43,172 bases of DNA from a virus (lineage: Duplodnaviria; Heunggongvirae; Uroviricota; Caudoviricetes). The first letter of the stretch is position 1; each line of letters begins with the position of its first letter. The notes beneath the pieces were generated by a model. The model was given only the letters and a program-made list of their open reading frames with translations. It was not told the origin of the DNA and ran no database searches. The stretch lies in IMG/VR virus record IMGVR_UViG_2675903609_000006; one strand, written 5' to 3'. Positions 19,381 through 28,933 of this stretch are shown one piece after another. A program made the position numbers and the translations under genes.

Positions 19381-20067
19381 TTAGAAGTTCAGATTTTTCA
19401 GTGCATTCAGTGCAGAGCCCACATCCTCAGCGTCGCGCAGGGACAGTGCGCCATAGCCCCCGGCCATGAATGCTTTGGCCTGGGTACGGGAGAGTCCGAC
19501 ATCACGCAGGACTCTTTCGATTTTTTTCTGTTCGGGGATTTCCCCGCGGGCCAGTGCGTTCTTGACGTCGCTGATCCGCGCCTCGTCGTTAGACGGGAAC
19601 GTCACCAGGCTGACTTCCCAGAGGTCGATTTCTTTCAGCAGAAAGGCTTCTTTGCTCCGGTCGTATTCCCAGTCTTTCAGGACGTACCCAATAGAAAGGC
19701 CGGTTAACGAACCGGCCTTCATGTGTGCATGTGCGCGTTTTGCGAGGGGATCATCATCAATAAGCAACCGTCCCCTGACGTAAAGCCCGACATCGTCTTC
19801 CTTCATTTCGGTGTAAACACCGATGGGTTCATCCATGCGGTGCTGCCAGAGCAGCGCAGGTAACGCTTTTCTGTCACTCCACGCCCGCAGGGAAGCAGCA
19901 AATGCCCCGGACATCACCACATCATCGTGGCTGTCCTTTACACCAAAGACGGAGCCATACCCTTCAAACTCACCGGAGTCACTGACAGATTTCAGACTCA
20001 GCGGTACATCAAGACGTTGTTTCGTCTGCATTGGCGTTATCCTTCTGCTTACCGGCTTTACTGCCAT
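19381..20067 (-). CDS. Prohead maturation protease (HK97 family)
   Basis: 228 aa between the portal and capsid genes. Confidence 0.85.
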   Translation of the reverse strand: MAVKPVSRRITPMQTKQRLDVPLSLKSVSDSGEFEGYGSVFGVKDSHDDVVMSGAFAASLRAWSDRKALPALLWQHRMDEPIGVYTEMKEDDVGLYVRGRLLIDDDPLAKRAHAHMKAGSLTGLSIGYVLKDWEYDRSKEAFLLKEIDLWEVSLVTFPSNDEARISDVKNALARGEIPEQKKIERVLRDVGLSRTQAKAFMAGGYGALSLRDAEDVGSALNALKNLNF

Positions 20068-21250
20068 CGGAGGGTTTCGTGGTCATGTTCATCGGTGTGA
20101 GATAGACATCACCACCGGGACGCGGATTCATATCTTCCAGGTCGCGGCAGTCATTGGGAGAGTAAATTCCCCAGTTGATCCCGGTGGCGTAGGCTTCAAA
20201 ACGGGACTTCATATCCCCGCGCAGTAACGCCCCGGCGTTAAATTTGGCGTAATAAACGCCCTGCTTACTTTTTCGTACCAGTCCGGTGTTGATCCGCTGT
20301 TCGATGCGGGTCAGATACGGCACCAGTGAATAGTTGATAAATCCCAGCCCCAGCTCTTCGATATTGTTGAAGGTGGCGCGATCGGTGTTCTGCACCATGT
20401 GCAACGGCACCCGGAACAGACGACAGATTTCTTCAAGCTGAAACTTGCGGGTTTCCAGGAACTGGCTGTCCTCGGCGTTCAGCGCCATCGACTTCCAGTC
20501 CAGCCCCATCTCAAGGATCATCGGGCGGTGAGCATTGCCAAGCCCGGTGTGACGCTCCTCAAAATCTTTCTTCAGGCGCTCATAAGCCTGATCTGACAGC
20601 GTCTGCTCTGTACGCAACACACCCGACGTCACCGCGCCATTGCTGAACAGTCTGGCCCCGTGCTCTTCGGTCGCTGCCGCCAGCGATATTGCCTCGCGGG
20701 CATAGGCGATGGGATTCAGCCCCACCAGTCCGTCCAGCGTCAGCGTGCGCACATGCCAGATATCCTCCTGGCTCAGTACATCCGTGGAGCCATCCGGGAA
20801 TGTGACCTGATAGACCGGCTCCCAGCTACTGTTAAGCTTCGGTACCACACAGCCGGGATCGACGGGCAGCAGTTCAGCCACTTCGCCAAATGCTTTCACT
20901 TTGTAGGCGTAAAAGTTTCCCCGCAGGCACAGACAGGTGACCACCAGCTCCCAGAACTCCTGCGGCGTCATATAGCCATTGGGATGCGTGGAGATCAGCT
21001 TATGCAGACGTTCGCCAGCGGCTCTCTGCTTCAGACTGCCGTTCAGGTGATACAGGTTGCAGGGCAACATCCCGACCGACTCCGCCAGCACCCTGACACA
21101 GGAAAAAACCGCCGTCAGTCGCATGGCCCGCGGGCTGCTGATCTGCTTTCCGGTATAGGTGTCGTAGGACAACCCGATAGCATCCGCCAGCTCTGCTGGC
21201 GTGGTCACCGGTGCGTCACTTTTTCGTTGAAATAATCCCGAAAAGAACAC
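20009..21250 (-). CDS. Portal protein (HK97 family)
   Basis: 413 aa downstream of the large terminase. Confidence 0.85.
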   Translation of the reverse strand: MFFSGLFQRKSDAPVTTPAELADAIGLSYDTYTGKQISSPRAMRLTAVFSCVRVLAESVGMLPCNLYHLNGSLKQRAAGERLHKLISTHPNGYMTPQEFWELVVTCLCLRGNFYAYKVKAFGEVAELLPVDPGCVVPKLNSSWEPVYQVTFPDGSTDVLSQEDIWHVRTLTLDGLVGLNPIAYAREAISLAAATEEHGARLFSNGAVTSGVLRTEQTLSDQAYERLKKDFEERHTGLGNAHRPMILEMGLDWKSMALNAEDSQFLETRKFQLEEICRLFRVPLHMVQNTDRATFNNIEELGLGFINYSLVPYLTRIEQRINTGLVRKSKQGVYYAKFNAGALLRGDMKSRFEAYATGINWGIYSPNDCRDLEDMNPRPGGDVYLTPMNMTTKPSDGSKAGKQKDNANADETTS

Positions 21251-21432
21251 TATTTACCTCCGCCGACAGACGACTGTGTACGGTCGAGATATCGCGCCAC
21301 CAGCCACGACCAGAACAGACACAACGCCCCGGCAACAACAAACCCCGCCGGGGGATAAATCAGCCAGGCACCATACGCCAGCAAAAGCGCCCCCAGCACG
21401 CCCACCAGAGGCGCGAGAATCAGCATGATCAT
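21250..21432 (-). CDS. Small membrane protein (hypothetical)
   Basis: 60 aa, two hydrophobic helices, between terminase and portal. Confidence 0.3.
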
Positions 21433-21443
21433 AATTACCTCAG

Positions 21444-23177
21444 TTAAAGCGAGCGGATCCCATAGGACTCAATGTGGTCAGACAGCGTGTCTTCTTTCTC
21501 GTACAGCATGGCTCTGCCAACCGCCATAATCAGCGCAACTGCACCATCGATTTTGTTTTCCGCCTGCTCTTTGACGGGCTTCACTAAATCATCGTTACCT
21601 GGCATGTTTTTGCCGACCACATTGCCGATACACCAGGTCATGATGGGATTGCCGTCATGATGAAAGCGTCCCGATTCAATCGCTGCCTCCAGCTCTTTCA
21701 TCGGGTCGGACATATTGGCGAAGTTCTGGACGATAGTAACGGGATTCAGGTCTTCATCAGCAAGGTCATGTGACAGCCCGGTCGCTCCGAAAGGGTCGAT
21801 GGGTGACTCACTGACCGGGCTGATTTTGTTCGCCGCTTTGGCCTCTTCGAGGATGTAGCGATAATCCACCTCTGCACCATCGGTAACGGTCAGAACGCCC
21901 ATTTCCACCCATTTCTGAAAGCGTTCGGCTGTCCGGCGATCTTCATTTTTCTCGACGCTATACACCGTGTCATACGGTACCCAGAAACGCGGGGCCACAC
22001 TGTAGTAATGCGTTTTACCGTCAATCTCGCGGGTATAAAGTCGCGCCATGCTGTTCATATCCAGCTTACGCGCCAGGTCAAAGGCCAGAATGCACGGCTG
22101 CCCCTCGAACTGCTCAAGAGTCAGTGATTTATCCTCGCAGCTCTGCCAGCTCACCAGGTTGAAATACGCCGAACGCGCCGACACCCAGATATTGAGGTGT
22201 TTTGTTTTAAAGACGTTTGCCAGACGGGCGTTATTTTTCGCACGCTGCTGCTGACTTAACAAAAATTCGCGATAAACCGACACGCCAATATTTGGATTGG
22301 CTTTTTCCAGCACCTGCGGGTCGGTCCAGTCGTCACCTTCATCAACGGTATAGATGATCCCGAACAGTTCATCGTTAGGCACCGAGCCGTTGAGCATCTC
22401 GATGACTTCCCGCCGTTTGTCGTAGCACGGCCCCTCAATGTTGTACCCGGCGGTGGTGATGGCCCACATCAGTGGCTGACGTCGCGCCCCCATCCCGGTA
22501 AGCATTGTGGTATAAAGCGCATCGGTGGCATGCTCGTGATATTCATCAACCACGGCACAGTGGGGTGATGAACCATCACCTGGGTTGCCGATCAGCGGTT
22601 CAAACCGCGCGCCATCCTCCGGACGGTTCATGTTTGAGGCGTTAACCTCAATCCCGAACGCTTCCGTCAGCATGGGTGTGCGTTTACACATCAGTCGCGC
22701 CGGGCGAAAGACTTCCCACGCCTGTTTCTCTGTCGTGGCACCGGAATACACTTCCGCGCCAAACTCGTTATCACAGGCAAAACAATACAGGGCAACACCG
22801 GCAGAGATTGCTGATTTGCCGTTCTTACGGGGGATTTCGGTGTACACCTCCCGGAAGCGGCGCAACCGGGTGCCTTTATTGACCCAGCCAAACGCACAGC
22901 AGATCACAAATAGCTGCCACGGCTCCAGCGTGATGGGCATCCGTTTGAATGCCCACTCCCCCTTGGTGTGCGGCAACAGCTGAATAAATTTCGCGGCCCG
23001 TTCAGCCAGGTCCTTGTCGAAGCGGTAACGAAACGACTTACTTTTTTCCGCCATCAGGTCATCAAGATGGCGCTGGCAGGCCTGAATCACAAACTGGCAG
23101 GCAACAATCTTTCCGCGCACGACATCCCGGGCATACTGATTTGCAGCATTTACGTTGGGGTAAGATTTCCGGCTCAT
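21444..23177 (-). CDS. Terminase large subunit
   Basis: 577 aa, ATPase plus nuclease architecture. Confidence 0.9.
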
Positions 23178-23677
23178 GATTCGATAATTTTCAGAAACGG
23201 GTTAGTGGCTTTCTTCTGCCCCGCCAGGCCAATCAGACGCTGGCGGCTGCTGGGGTCGAGTCCGAGCATTGCCCCCGTACTGCTCATCTCGGACTCCTGT
23301 TCTTTTTTGGCGGTCAGCTCCGGATTTTTGACCATGCCGCCCATTGCACCGGTGATGGTGTTGCCCTGTCTGGCAATATTTTTCACGGCACGTCGCCAGA
23401 ACTCATAGGCCACGCACCACCGCTCAAGCACTGCGAGGTCAGTCACGCACAGCAGGCCCTGACCGCAGAGTTCTTTGGTTGTCAGTTGCCACATGATCGT
23501 GGCGAGAGGGAGCTCTTCTTCAGCGAACCACTCCGGTGGCTCAACACCTTTGATGGGCGTAAAAACGGGTTCATCTTTGTTCAGGGCTCGCTTGCCGGGG
23601 TTTCCGGCCAGCGCCTTGCGCGCCGTTGGCTTGGGGCGACGCCCGGAACGCCCCGCCGTTCCAGCCATATGCGGCAC
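23174..23677 (-). CDS. Terminase small subunit (P27 family)
   Basis: 167 aa directly upstream of the large terminase with a 4-nt overlap. Confidence 0.75.
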   Translation of the reverse strand: MPHMAGTAGRSGRRPKPTARKALAGNPGKRALNKDEPVFTPIKGVEPPEWFAEEELPLATIMWQLTTKELCGQGLLCVTDLAVLERWCVAYEFWRRAVKNIARQGNTITGAMGGMVKNPELTAKKEQESEMSSTGAMLGLDPSSRQRLIGLAGQKKATNPFLKIIES

Positions 23678-23793
23678 TCCTGGTTAAATTTCATTTTTCG
23701 CGGGTATAAAAAAACGATGGGGCGGGCAGTCCGGAAGACGTCAGGTCACAGGGATTTGACCCGCCCCTCCCCTCTGGCAGTGGGAACTGGTTC
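23678..23793. other. Candidate cos / packaging initiation region
   Basis: Non-coding gap between HNH and the small terminase with a GC-rich inverted repeat GGGGCGGGC ... GCCCGCCCC; placement by analogy with HK97-like phages. Confidence 0.25.
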
Positions 23794-24144
23794 TTACTTC
23801 AGCCATTCACGGGCCGTCTTCGCCTTATGACACGGCCAACACAGGCTCTGTAGATTACTGTCGGCATCAGTGCCGCCACGCGCTTTAGGGATGATGTGGT
23901 CAACGGTTTTCGCCTCACGCACCACACCAGCACGCAGACATAACTGACACAGGCCTTTGTCACGCTTCAGGACACGCGCGCGGATACAGTCCCACTTCGA
24001 ACCGTAGCCGCGCTGATGACGGGACTGGCCTGGCTTGTATTGCTTCCAGCCTTCGCTTTTGTGGCTTTCGCAATAGCCTGACGAGTCAGTGGTGGTATGG
24101 GAGCAGCCGCGAACACGGCAGGCTTTTGGGGTTCGTGGGGGCAT
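23794..24144 (-). CDS. HNH endonuclease (terminase-associated)
   Basis: 116 aa with Cys-rich zinc finger and HNH motif (DHIIP...N...LCWPCH). Confidence 0.85.
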   Translation of the reverse strand: MPPRTPKACRVRGCSHTTTDSSGYCESHKSEGWKQYKPGQSRHQRGYGSKWDCIRARVLKRDKGLCQLCLRAGVVREAKTVDHIIPKARGGTDADSNLQSLCWPCHKAKTAREWLK

Positions 24145-24238
24145 ATGTACTCCAATGAAGAAACCAGCGAAATAGCTGCCTTCATTCGTAGTAAACCTTT
24201 TTCATCAACGCAGTAATGGATTCTTTGAAGAGTCGCAA

Positions 24239-24318
24239 TCAATACGACTCACTAATGGGGAGGCATGTCCAACGCGTTGGACGAGTTGCCTACTTGATTT
24301 AGGTGACACTTTAGAAGG
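24239..24318 (+). promoter_or_regulatory. T7-promoter-like (24239-24263) and SP6-promoter-like (24297-24318) motifs flanking a CCAACGCGTTGG palindrome; function unproven
   Basis: AATACGACTCACTA (24241-24254) is an exact 14-mer of the T7 promoter core. ATTTAGGTGACACTTTAGAAG matches the SP6 promoter 18-mer at 17 of 18 positions. Confidence 0.5.
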
Positions 24319-24365
24319 ACAGAATGCCTTCCTCACTCAAATAACATCAATTAAGGAGGTTCAAC

Positions 24366-24488
24366 ATGCTTCGTTCCAAAAGTCAGTTGACTGTAATTAT
24401 TACTACGTCACCTTATGCCGAAGACCTTTTCCGCTTCACTTTGAGCCTGATTCACTTCTACCTGACCGGCTCGCCTCTATCCTTCTGA
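24366..24488 (+). CDS. Small ORF (40 aa) behind a consensus Shine-Dalgarno, antisense to the late operon
   Basis: TAAGGAGGT (24352-24360) sits 5 nt before the ATG; the ORF overlaps the 3' end of the o-spanin gene on the other strand. Confidence 0.25.
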   Translation: MLRSKSQLTVIITTSPYAEDLFRFTLSLIHFYLTGSPLSF

Positions 24489-24711
24489 TCCCCGCTTTAT
24501 CCAGATTGCACTGCCCTAGCGCCGACAACAGACTGACATTCAAATCTAGGCTACCCGCATAAGTCAGCGGTTCAGAAATGGCTGGTTGCGGGGTTTCAGC
24601 GGTCAGACTCGCCGGTAACGGTATAGCCGGAACTGGCACGTAAACTGTCCGCGAACTTTCGCAACCGGTCAGCAGCGGCAGCAGGCACAGGGCGTACAGC
24701 ACAATCATCAT
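24436..24711 (-). CDS. o-spanin (Rz1-like outer-membrane lipoprotein)
   Basis: Alternate frame overlapping the Rz 3' end; lipobox LLTGC followed by a Pro-rich segment. Confidence 0.5.
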   Translation of the reverse strand: MMIVLYALCLLPLLTGCESSRTVYVPVPAIPLPASLTAETPQPAISEPLTYAGSLDLNVSLLSALGQCNLDKAGIRRIEASRSGRSESGSK

Positions 24712-24988
24712 CCGCAACAGCCACTTTGATATCAGCCTGGGTTCTCTGTGACTCCAGTGCGATCTGTTGTTTTGCATGCTGGTTAGCCTCCAGAACTGTA
24801 TTGACGATTTGTAGTGATTGCAGGACGTTATTGGTAATGGCTGTTGCTGATTCAGCATTTCGTACAGCCTCATCAGCACGTTTCTTTTCGTGCTGATATT
24901 TGCTGTAGTAGTGGTTAGCAGACCAGATGAAAGAACCGATGACAGTAAAGAAGAATGCAGAGATAGCCAGCTTATAGCTCAACTTCAT
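24596..24988 (-). CDS. i-spanin (Rz-like)
   Basis: 130 aa with N-terminal TM helix and coiled-coil periplasmic domain, immediately after the endolysin. Confidence 0.7.
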   Translation of the reverse strand: MKLSYKLAISAFFFTVIGSFIWSANHYYSKYQHEKKRADEAVRNAESATAITNNVLQSLQIVNTVLEANQHAKQQIALESQRTQADIKVAVADDDCAVRPVPAAAADRLRKFADSLRASSGYTVTGESDR

Positions 24989-25448
24989 TTACCACCCCAC
25001 CAGCCTCTTTAAACCGGGAAATCAGGTCACCGATTTTATGTTCATACTGACCGTAACCTGCACCAGGTAACGACGCCCAGATATTGCTGCAACGATCGAT
25101 AGCCTGACGAATATCGCCGCGATCAATCATCGGTAAAGCGCCACGCTCTTTAATCTGCTGCAATGCCACAGCGTCCTGGCTTTTCGGAGAGAAGTCTTTC
25201 AGGCCAAGCTGCTTGCGATAGGCATCCCACCAACGGGAAAGAAGCTGGTAACGTCCGGCGGCTGTTGATTTGAGTTTTGGGTTTAGCGTGACAAGTTTGC
25301 GAGGGTGATCAGAGTAATCAGTAAACAGTTCGCCGCCAACAATAACATCATAACCGTGGTTACGTGTCGGTTGTCGCCCGTTATCCGTTCCTTCTGACCA
25401 TGCCACCATATCGAGGAAAGCTATACGCTGGGAATTTAGTACCTGCAT
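24972..25448 (-). CDS. R: Endolysin (lambda R-type lytic transglycosylase)
   Basis: 158 aa matching recalled lambda R over most of its length (FLDM.AWSEGTDNGRQ.TRNHGYDVIVGGELFTDYSDHPRKLVTLNPKLKST...). Confidence 0.9.
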   Translation of the reverse strand: MQVLNSQRIAFLDMVAWSEGTDNGRQPTRNHGYDVIVGGELFTDYSDHPRKLVTLNPKLKSTAAGRYQLLSRWWDAYRKQLGLKDFSPKSQDAVALQQIKERGALPMIDRGDIRQAIDRCSNIWASLPGAGYGQYEHKIGDLISRFKEAGGVVNEVEL

Positions 25449-25451
25449 AAA

Positions 25452-25778
25452 TTACTCCTTAGAGCCACCAAACTTATTACCGATTACTCGCATTGCAGCC
25501 CCACGAATAGCATCAACACCGATCAGCCCCACACCACCACCAATGGCAACAGATAGTGATTTAGGCCATCCGACATACTCAAGAGCGGATGCAAAAGTCA
25601 GCGTCAGAGCGCCACAGAGTAGAATTTCGAGTGTTTTTCGCTTCCAGCCGCCACCACCGCCAAAATAGGCAATACGTAAACCAACCATAACAATCGACAT
25701 AATCACTGCGCCCAGCGGTGTGTCTCCACGCCACCAGCTCTGGAACAACTCCAGCCAAGTATTTGGGTTATGAGGCAT
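25452..25778 (-). CDS. Holin (putative, three TM segments)
   Basis: 108 aa, three hydrophobic helices, immediately upstream of the endolysin. Confidence 0.6.
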   Translation of the reverse strand: MPHNPNTWLELFQSWWRGDTPLGAVIMSIVMVGLRIAYFGGGGGWKRKTLEILLCGALTLTFASALEYVGWPKSLSVAIGGGVGLIGVDAIRGAAMRVIGNKFGGSKE

Positions 25779-25921
25779 TTGTAGTTATCTCTCACCTCGC
25801 CAATACAGGAGGTGCCAATTGAGGGAATACCACGTACCGCACATCAGAAGCGGAAACGTCAAAGAAGCCGAGTCAATGGATAAATGTGGGATAGACCAGG
25901 ACCAACGAATCCCCAGCCCAA

Positions 25922-25952
25922 GAAACGACAAAACCCGCTCGACGGCGGGTTT
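25922..25952 (-). terminator. tR'-like terminator upstream of the lysis cassette
   Basis: Hairpin AAACCCGC-TCGACG-GCGGGTTT followed on the minus strand by a T-rich tract. Confidence 0.45.
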
Positions 25953-26042
25953 AAGCTGTGTGGCGAAGTAACCACTCTTAACACAGTAATCTAGAAAATG
26001 CGGACCGCGTTAGTGATTTTTTCAACTTTTTGATTTATCTTA

Positions 26043-26070
26043 TTGAACACAAGAAACCACTGCCTATAAA
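26043..26070 (+). promoter_or_regulatory. Sigma70-like promoter for the Q-lysis cargo module
   Basis: TTGAAC (26043-26048), 16-nt spacer, TATAAA (26065-26070); an AAGGA ribosome-binding site precedes the ATG at 26140. Confidence 0.4.
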
Positions 26071-26139
26071 TCATATCAACCCAAACCATAAAAACCAAAA
26101 AATCAAATGATTACATTAACTAGATAAGGAACAAAGTTA

Positions 26140-27225
26140 ATGAAAGAAAGCCGCAGCAAGGTCATTCAATATAAACGTGCAGTCATCCCTAATTGCACAG
26201 CAACGCTTCAACAGATCATAGAATCTATAATTTCTGAAAATGGCGCAGCCTATAAAGTTAGCGCAAGAAGAGAACAGATTAACCCCTCCGATAGCAATAG
26301 TGGATTTAGAGTGGTTAACCGCAGCAGCACTTTCAAGACAGTGTTATTCGGGCAACTTATTTTGTTTGAACAAGGTAAAAGCCAAACACTTATGACAATC
26401 GCTGATGATGTCAATTATTATGACATCAATGCTATAACATCGAAGCAAATTAAATTAGCCGAAGACGAAAAAATAAGTGAAGCTGAAAAACAAAAAATAA
26501 CACGAGAATTTATTGATTCAATACTTTACTTTGGGATTCGTGATAATCATGTGATGATCGTCCAATCACCGGCTCTAAGGACTAAAGACATAGAAAGCCA
26601 TCTTAATTGGTTAATCCATTCATTTAGCACTATTTTTAATGGTGACGACTTCCTTGTACTTCAAGATAAACCAACTGAAGACACCATAAAAAAAATGCAT
26701 GAAAGTCCAGTCAAGAAAATAAATTTCGGCAGTATCCCAATCAAAAATTCTGATTCTGAAGATGTAGTTAAAATAAATAATATAAGTAACACAAACGACC
26801 TCCCCACAACAATAAAAGAACAGGTCGAAAAAGTTAAGAAAATAAAATTCATGCCAACTGGTAAAGGTGGCGATATTATAAAAGCTGCTTTTGGCGAAGC
26901 ATGGTTTAATAATTTACAACTGGAAGATTCTCTTGATGAATCCAATTTACAAGTTAATCTAGAAATAACCTATTTCCGCAAGACAAACAAAGATGGTCAA
27001 CGTGTACTCGATACTTTAGCAACTTCACTCAGAAATATAGACGATGAAGATATTAGTATAAACCTTCAAGGTGGTGGCATAATTAAAGGCAGTGATTTAA
27101 AACTATCCGGTAAAGTAAACGTCCAATATAACAATGGACTTATTGATGAAAATGATTTATATTTACAAATGCACAAATGGCTGACTTCAAAGGTTCAAAC
27201 TGGAGAAGTAAAAGTTAAAAACTAG
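26140..27225 (+). CDS. Hypothetical soluble protein (361 aa), first gene of the Q-lysis cargo module
   Basis: Long AT-rich ORF on the strand opposite to flanking phage genes; Lys/Asn/Asp/Glu-rich; no family recognised. Confidence 0.7.
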   Translation: MKESRSKVIQYKRAVIPNCTATLQQIIESIISENGAAYKVSARREQINPSDSNSGFRVVNRSSTFKTVLFGQLILFEQGKSQTLMTIADDVNYYDINAITSKQIKLAEDEKISEAEKQKITREFIDSILYFGIRDNHVMIVQSPALRTKDIESHLNWLIHSFSTIFNGDDFLVLQDKPTEDTIKKMHESPVKKINFGSIPIKNSDSEDVVKINNISNTNDLPTTIKEQVEKVKKIKFMPTGKGGDIIKAAFGEAWFNNLQLEDSLDESNLQVNLEITYFRKTNKDGQRVLDTLATSLRNIDDEDISINLQGGGIIKGSDLKLSGKVNVQYNNGLIDENDLYLQMHKWLTSKVQTGEVKVKN

Positions 27226-27563
27226 AACCAACAGGAGGCGGAAATGAGCTTCTTTAAATTTATTATAAGATTCTTATCCGCCTTCGCTTTTGGGTTTGCA
27301 ATATTTTACTTTGCATCTAGAAAAATTGACTTAAGTGGCATATCTACTCCATGGTCATTAATAACCTTATTAGCATTCCCTTTCAGTTATTGTATCGCAG
27401 CCTTTTTTAAAGTTTCTGAAGCCGACGAAAACACATCACTATCAGATAATGAACTAAGAAGATTACGACCGATAATTGATGCAAAAAAAAGACATCTTGG
27501 ATTTCTTATCTTTTTTTATCTTATTGCTGCTTTTTCAGGAGCAATTGGGGTAATGACTCCAAC

Positions 27564-28067
27564 TTATTGATAGTGTTTTATGTTCAGATAATGCCCGATG
27601 ACTTTGTCATGCAGCTCCACCGATTTTGAGAACGACAGCGACTTCCGTCCCAGCCGTGCCAGGTGCTGCCTCAGATTTAGGTTATGCCGCTCAATTCGCT
27701 GCGTATATCGCTTGCTGATTACGTGCAGCTTTCCCTTCAGGCGGGATTCATACAGCGGCCAGCCATCCGTCATCCATATCACCACGTCAAAGGGTGACAG
27801 CAGGCTCATAAGACGCCCCAGCGTCGCCATAGTGCGTTCACCGAATACGTGCGCAACAACCGTCTTCCGGAGACTGTCATACGCGTAAAACAGCCAGCGC
27901 TGGCGCGATTTAGCCCCGACATAGCCCCACTGTTCGTCCATTTCCGCGCAGACGATGACGTCACTGCCCGGCTGTATGCGCGAGGTTACCGACTGCGGCC
28001 TGAGTTTTTTAAGTGACGTAAAATCGTGTTGAGGCCAACGCCCATAATGCGGGCTGTTGCCCGGCAT
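27564..28067 (-). CDS. insB: IS1 transposase InsB
   Basis: 167-aa product recognised as IS1 InsB. Confidence 0.9.
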
Positions 28068-28261
28068 CCAACGCCATTCATGGCCATATCAATGATTTTC
28101 TGGTGCGTACCGGGTTGAGAAGCGGTGTAAGTGAACTGCAGTTGCCATGTTTTACGGCAGTGAGAGCAGAGATAGCGCTGATGTCCGGCGGTGCTTTTGC
28201 CGTTACGCACCACCCCGTCAGTAGCTGAACAGGAGGGACAGCTGATAGAAACAGAAGCCAC
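27986..28261 (-). CDS. insA: IS1 InsA
   Basis: 91-aa product recognised as IS1 InsA ([32 protein letters not shown]...). Confidence 0.9.
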
Positions 28262-28516
28262 TGGAGCACCTCAAAAACACCATCATACACTAAATCAGTA
28301 AGTTGGCAGCATCACCAGCAATTGGTATGTTCGCTATTTCCAGAGAGTCGATAGTTTATCTATATTTTATATCTGCTTGTGGAGGAGGCATTGCTGCTGC
28401 AATGTATTCTTTTTTCTTTATCAGCTCAATAAACAGCGAAATACAGAGATTTAAAAGCATCTTATTACACAGAGCTGAAGCGAATAAAAAAACGAAAGAA
28501 TTTATAGACTCATTAA

Positions 28517-28548
28517 ACAAAAAGGCGGATTGAAATCCGCCTTTTTGT
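28517..28548. terminator. Bidirectional rho-independent terminator shared by Q and the cargo module
   Basis: Hairpin AAAAGGCGGAT-TGAA-ATCCGCCTTTT flanked by A-runs and T-runs, between convergent stops at 28533 and 28554. Confidence 0.6.
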
Positions 28549-28553
28549 TTTCT

Positions 28554-28931
28554 TCAATCCATTTCTAATCTAATATCCAACATTGAAAGACAACCTTCGA
28601 TAAATCCTTCAGCCATTTTAATCTCAATGCGTATAAGTTTCTCGTCCTTTTTCTTTTCTTTAGCAATTTTTCTCTTAGAAAGACCATACAAATAATGTGC
28701 TACTAGTAACGAATGCTCATAAGGTTTTTTCTTCTTCAGCCGAGCAAGGCACCCCTCAATGATTAATCCGTCGGCATCAGTACATGAGAGTCTGTTTTTA
28801 CCTGTTTGTGGTAAAAGCCCTTTAAATCCTGCTGCGATTGGAGAATAGTCAACGCCTGAATTATCACTAGCAGCCCATCCCCCCCAACGCTCAAGAACCA
28901 TCTGAATATCACGCATCAAATTTCTCCACAA
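28554..28931 (-). CDS. Late-gene antiterminator Q (QuuD-like)
   Basis: 125 aa resembling recalled E. coli DLP12 QuuD (MRDIQMVLERWG.WAA...IAAGFKGL...ARLKK...ALDIRLEMD). Confidence 0.75.
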   Translation of the reverse strand: MWRNLMRDIQMVLERWGGWAASDNSGVDYSPIAAGFKGLLPQTGKNRLSCTDADGLIIEGCLARLKKKKPYEHSLLVAHYLYGLSKRKIAKEKKKDEKLIRIEIKMAEGFIEGCLSMLDIRLEMD

Positions 28932-28933
28932 AA

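Larger units (their letters stand above)
27549..28315 (-). mobile_element. IS1 insertion sequence (complete copy)
   Basis: Canonical IS1 ends (GGTAATGACTCCAACTTATTGATAGTG... at 27549; ...CAGTAAGTTGGCAGCATCACC at 28315), insA/insB ORFs, flanking 9-bp direct repeat AGCAATTGG (27540-27548 and 28316-28324). Confidence 0.95.
27244..28533 (+). pseudogene. 4-TM membrane protein gene interrupted by IS1
   Basis: The 27244 ORF runs into the IS1 end (product ends GVMTPTY, IS-derived); the same frame resumes after the IS at 28316 and stops at 28531-28533. Reconstructed product is ~177 aa with four hydrophobic helices. Confidence 0.7.

Noticed and set aside
25956-26139. A precise -35/-10 assignment for the late promoter
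   Set aside because: Several weak candidates on the minus strand, none close to consensus; only the region and the tR'-like hairpin are reported.
26139-28534. Shiga toxin or another known toxin in the Q-to-holin region
   Set aside because: The two ORFs there are on the opposite strand, and neither product resembles an A-subunit/B-subunit toxin pair in size or composition (361 aa soluble plus ~177 aa 4-TM).
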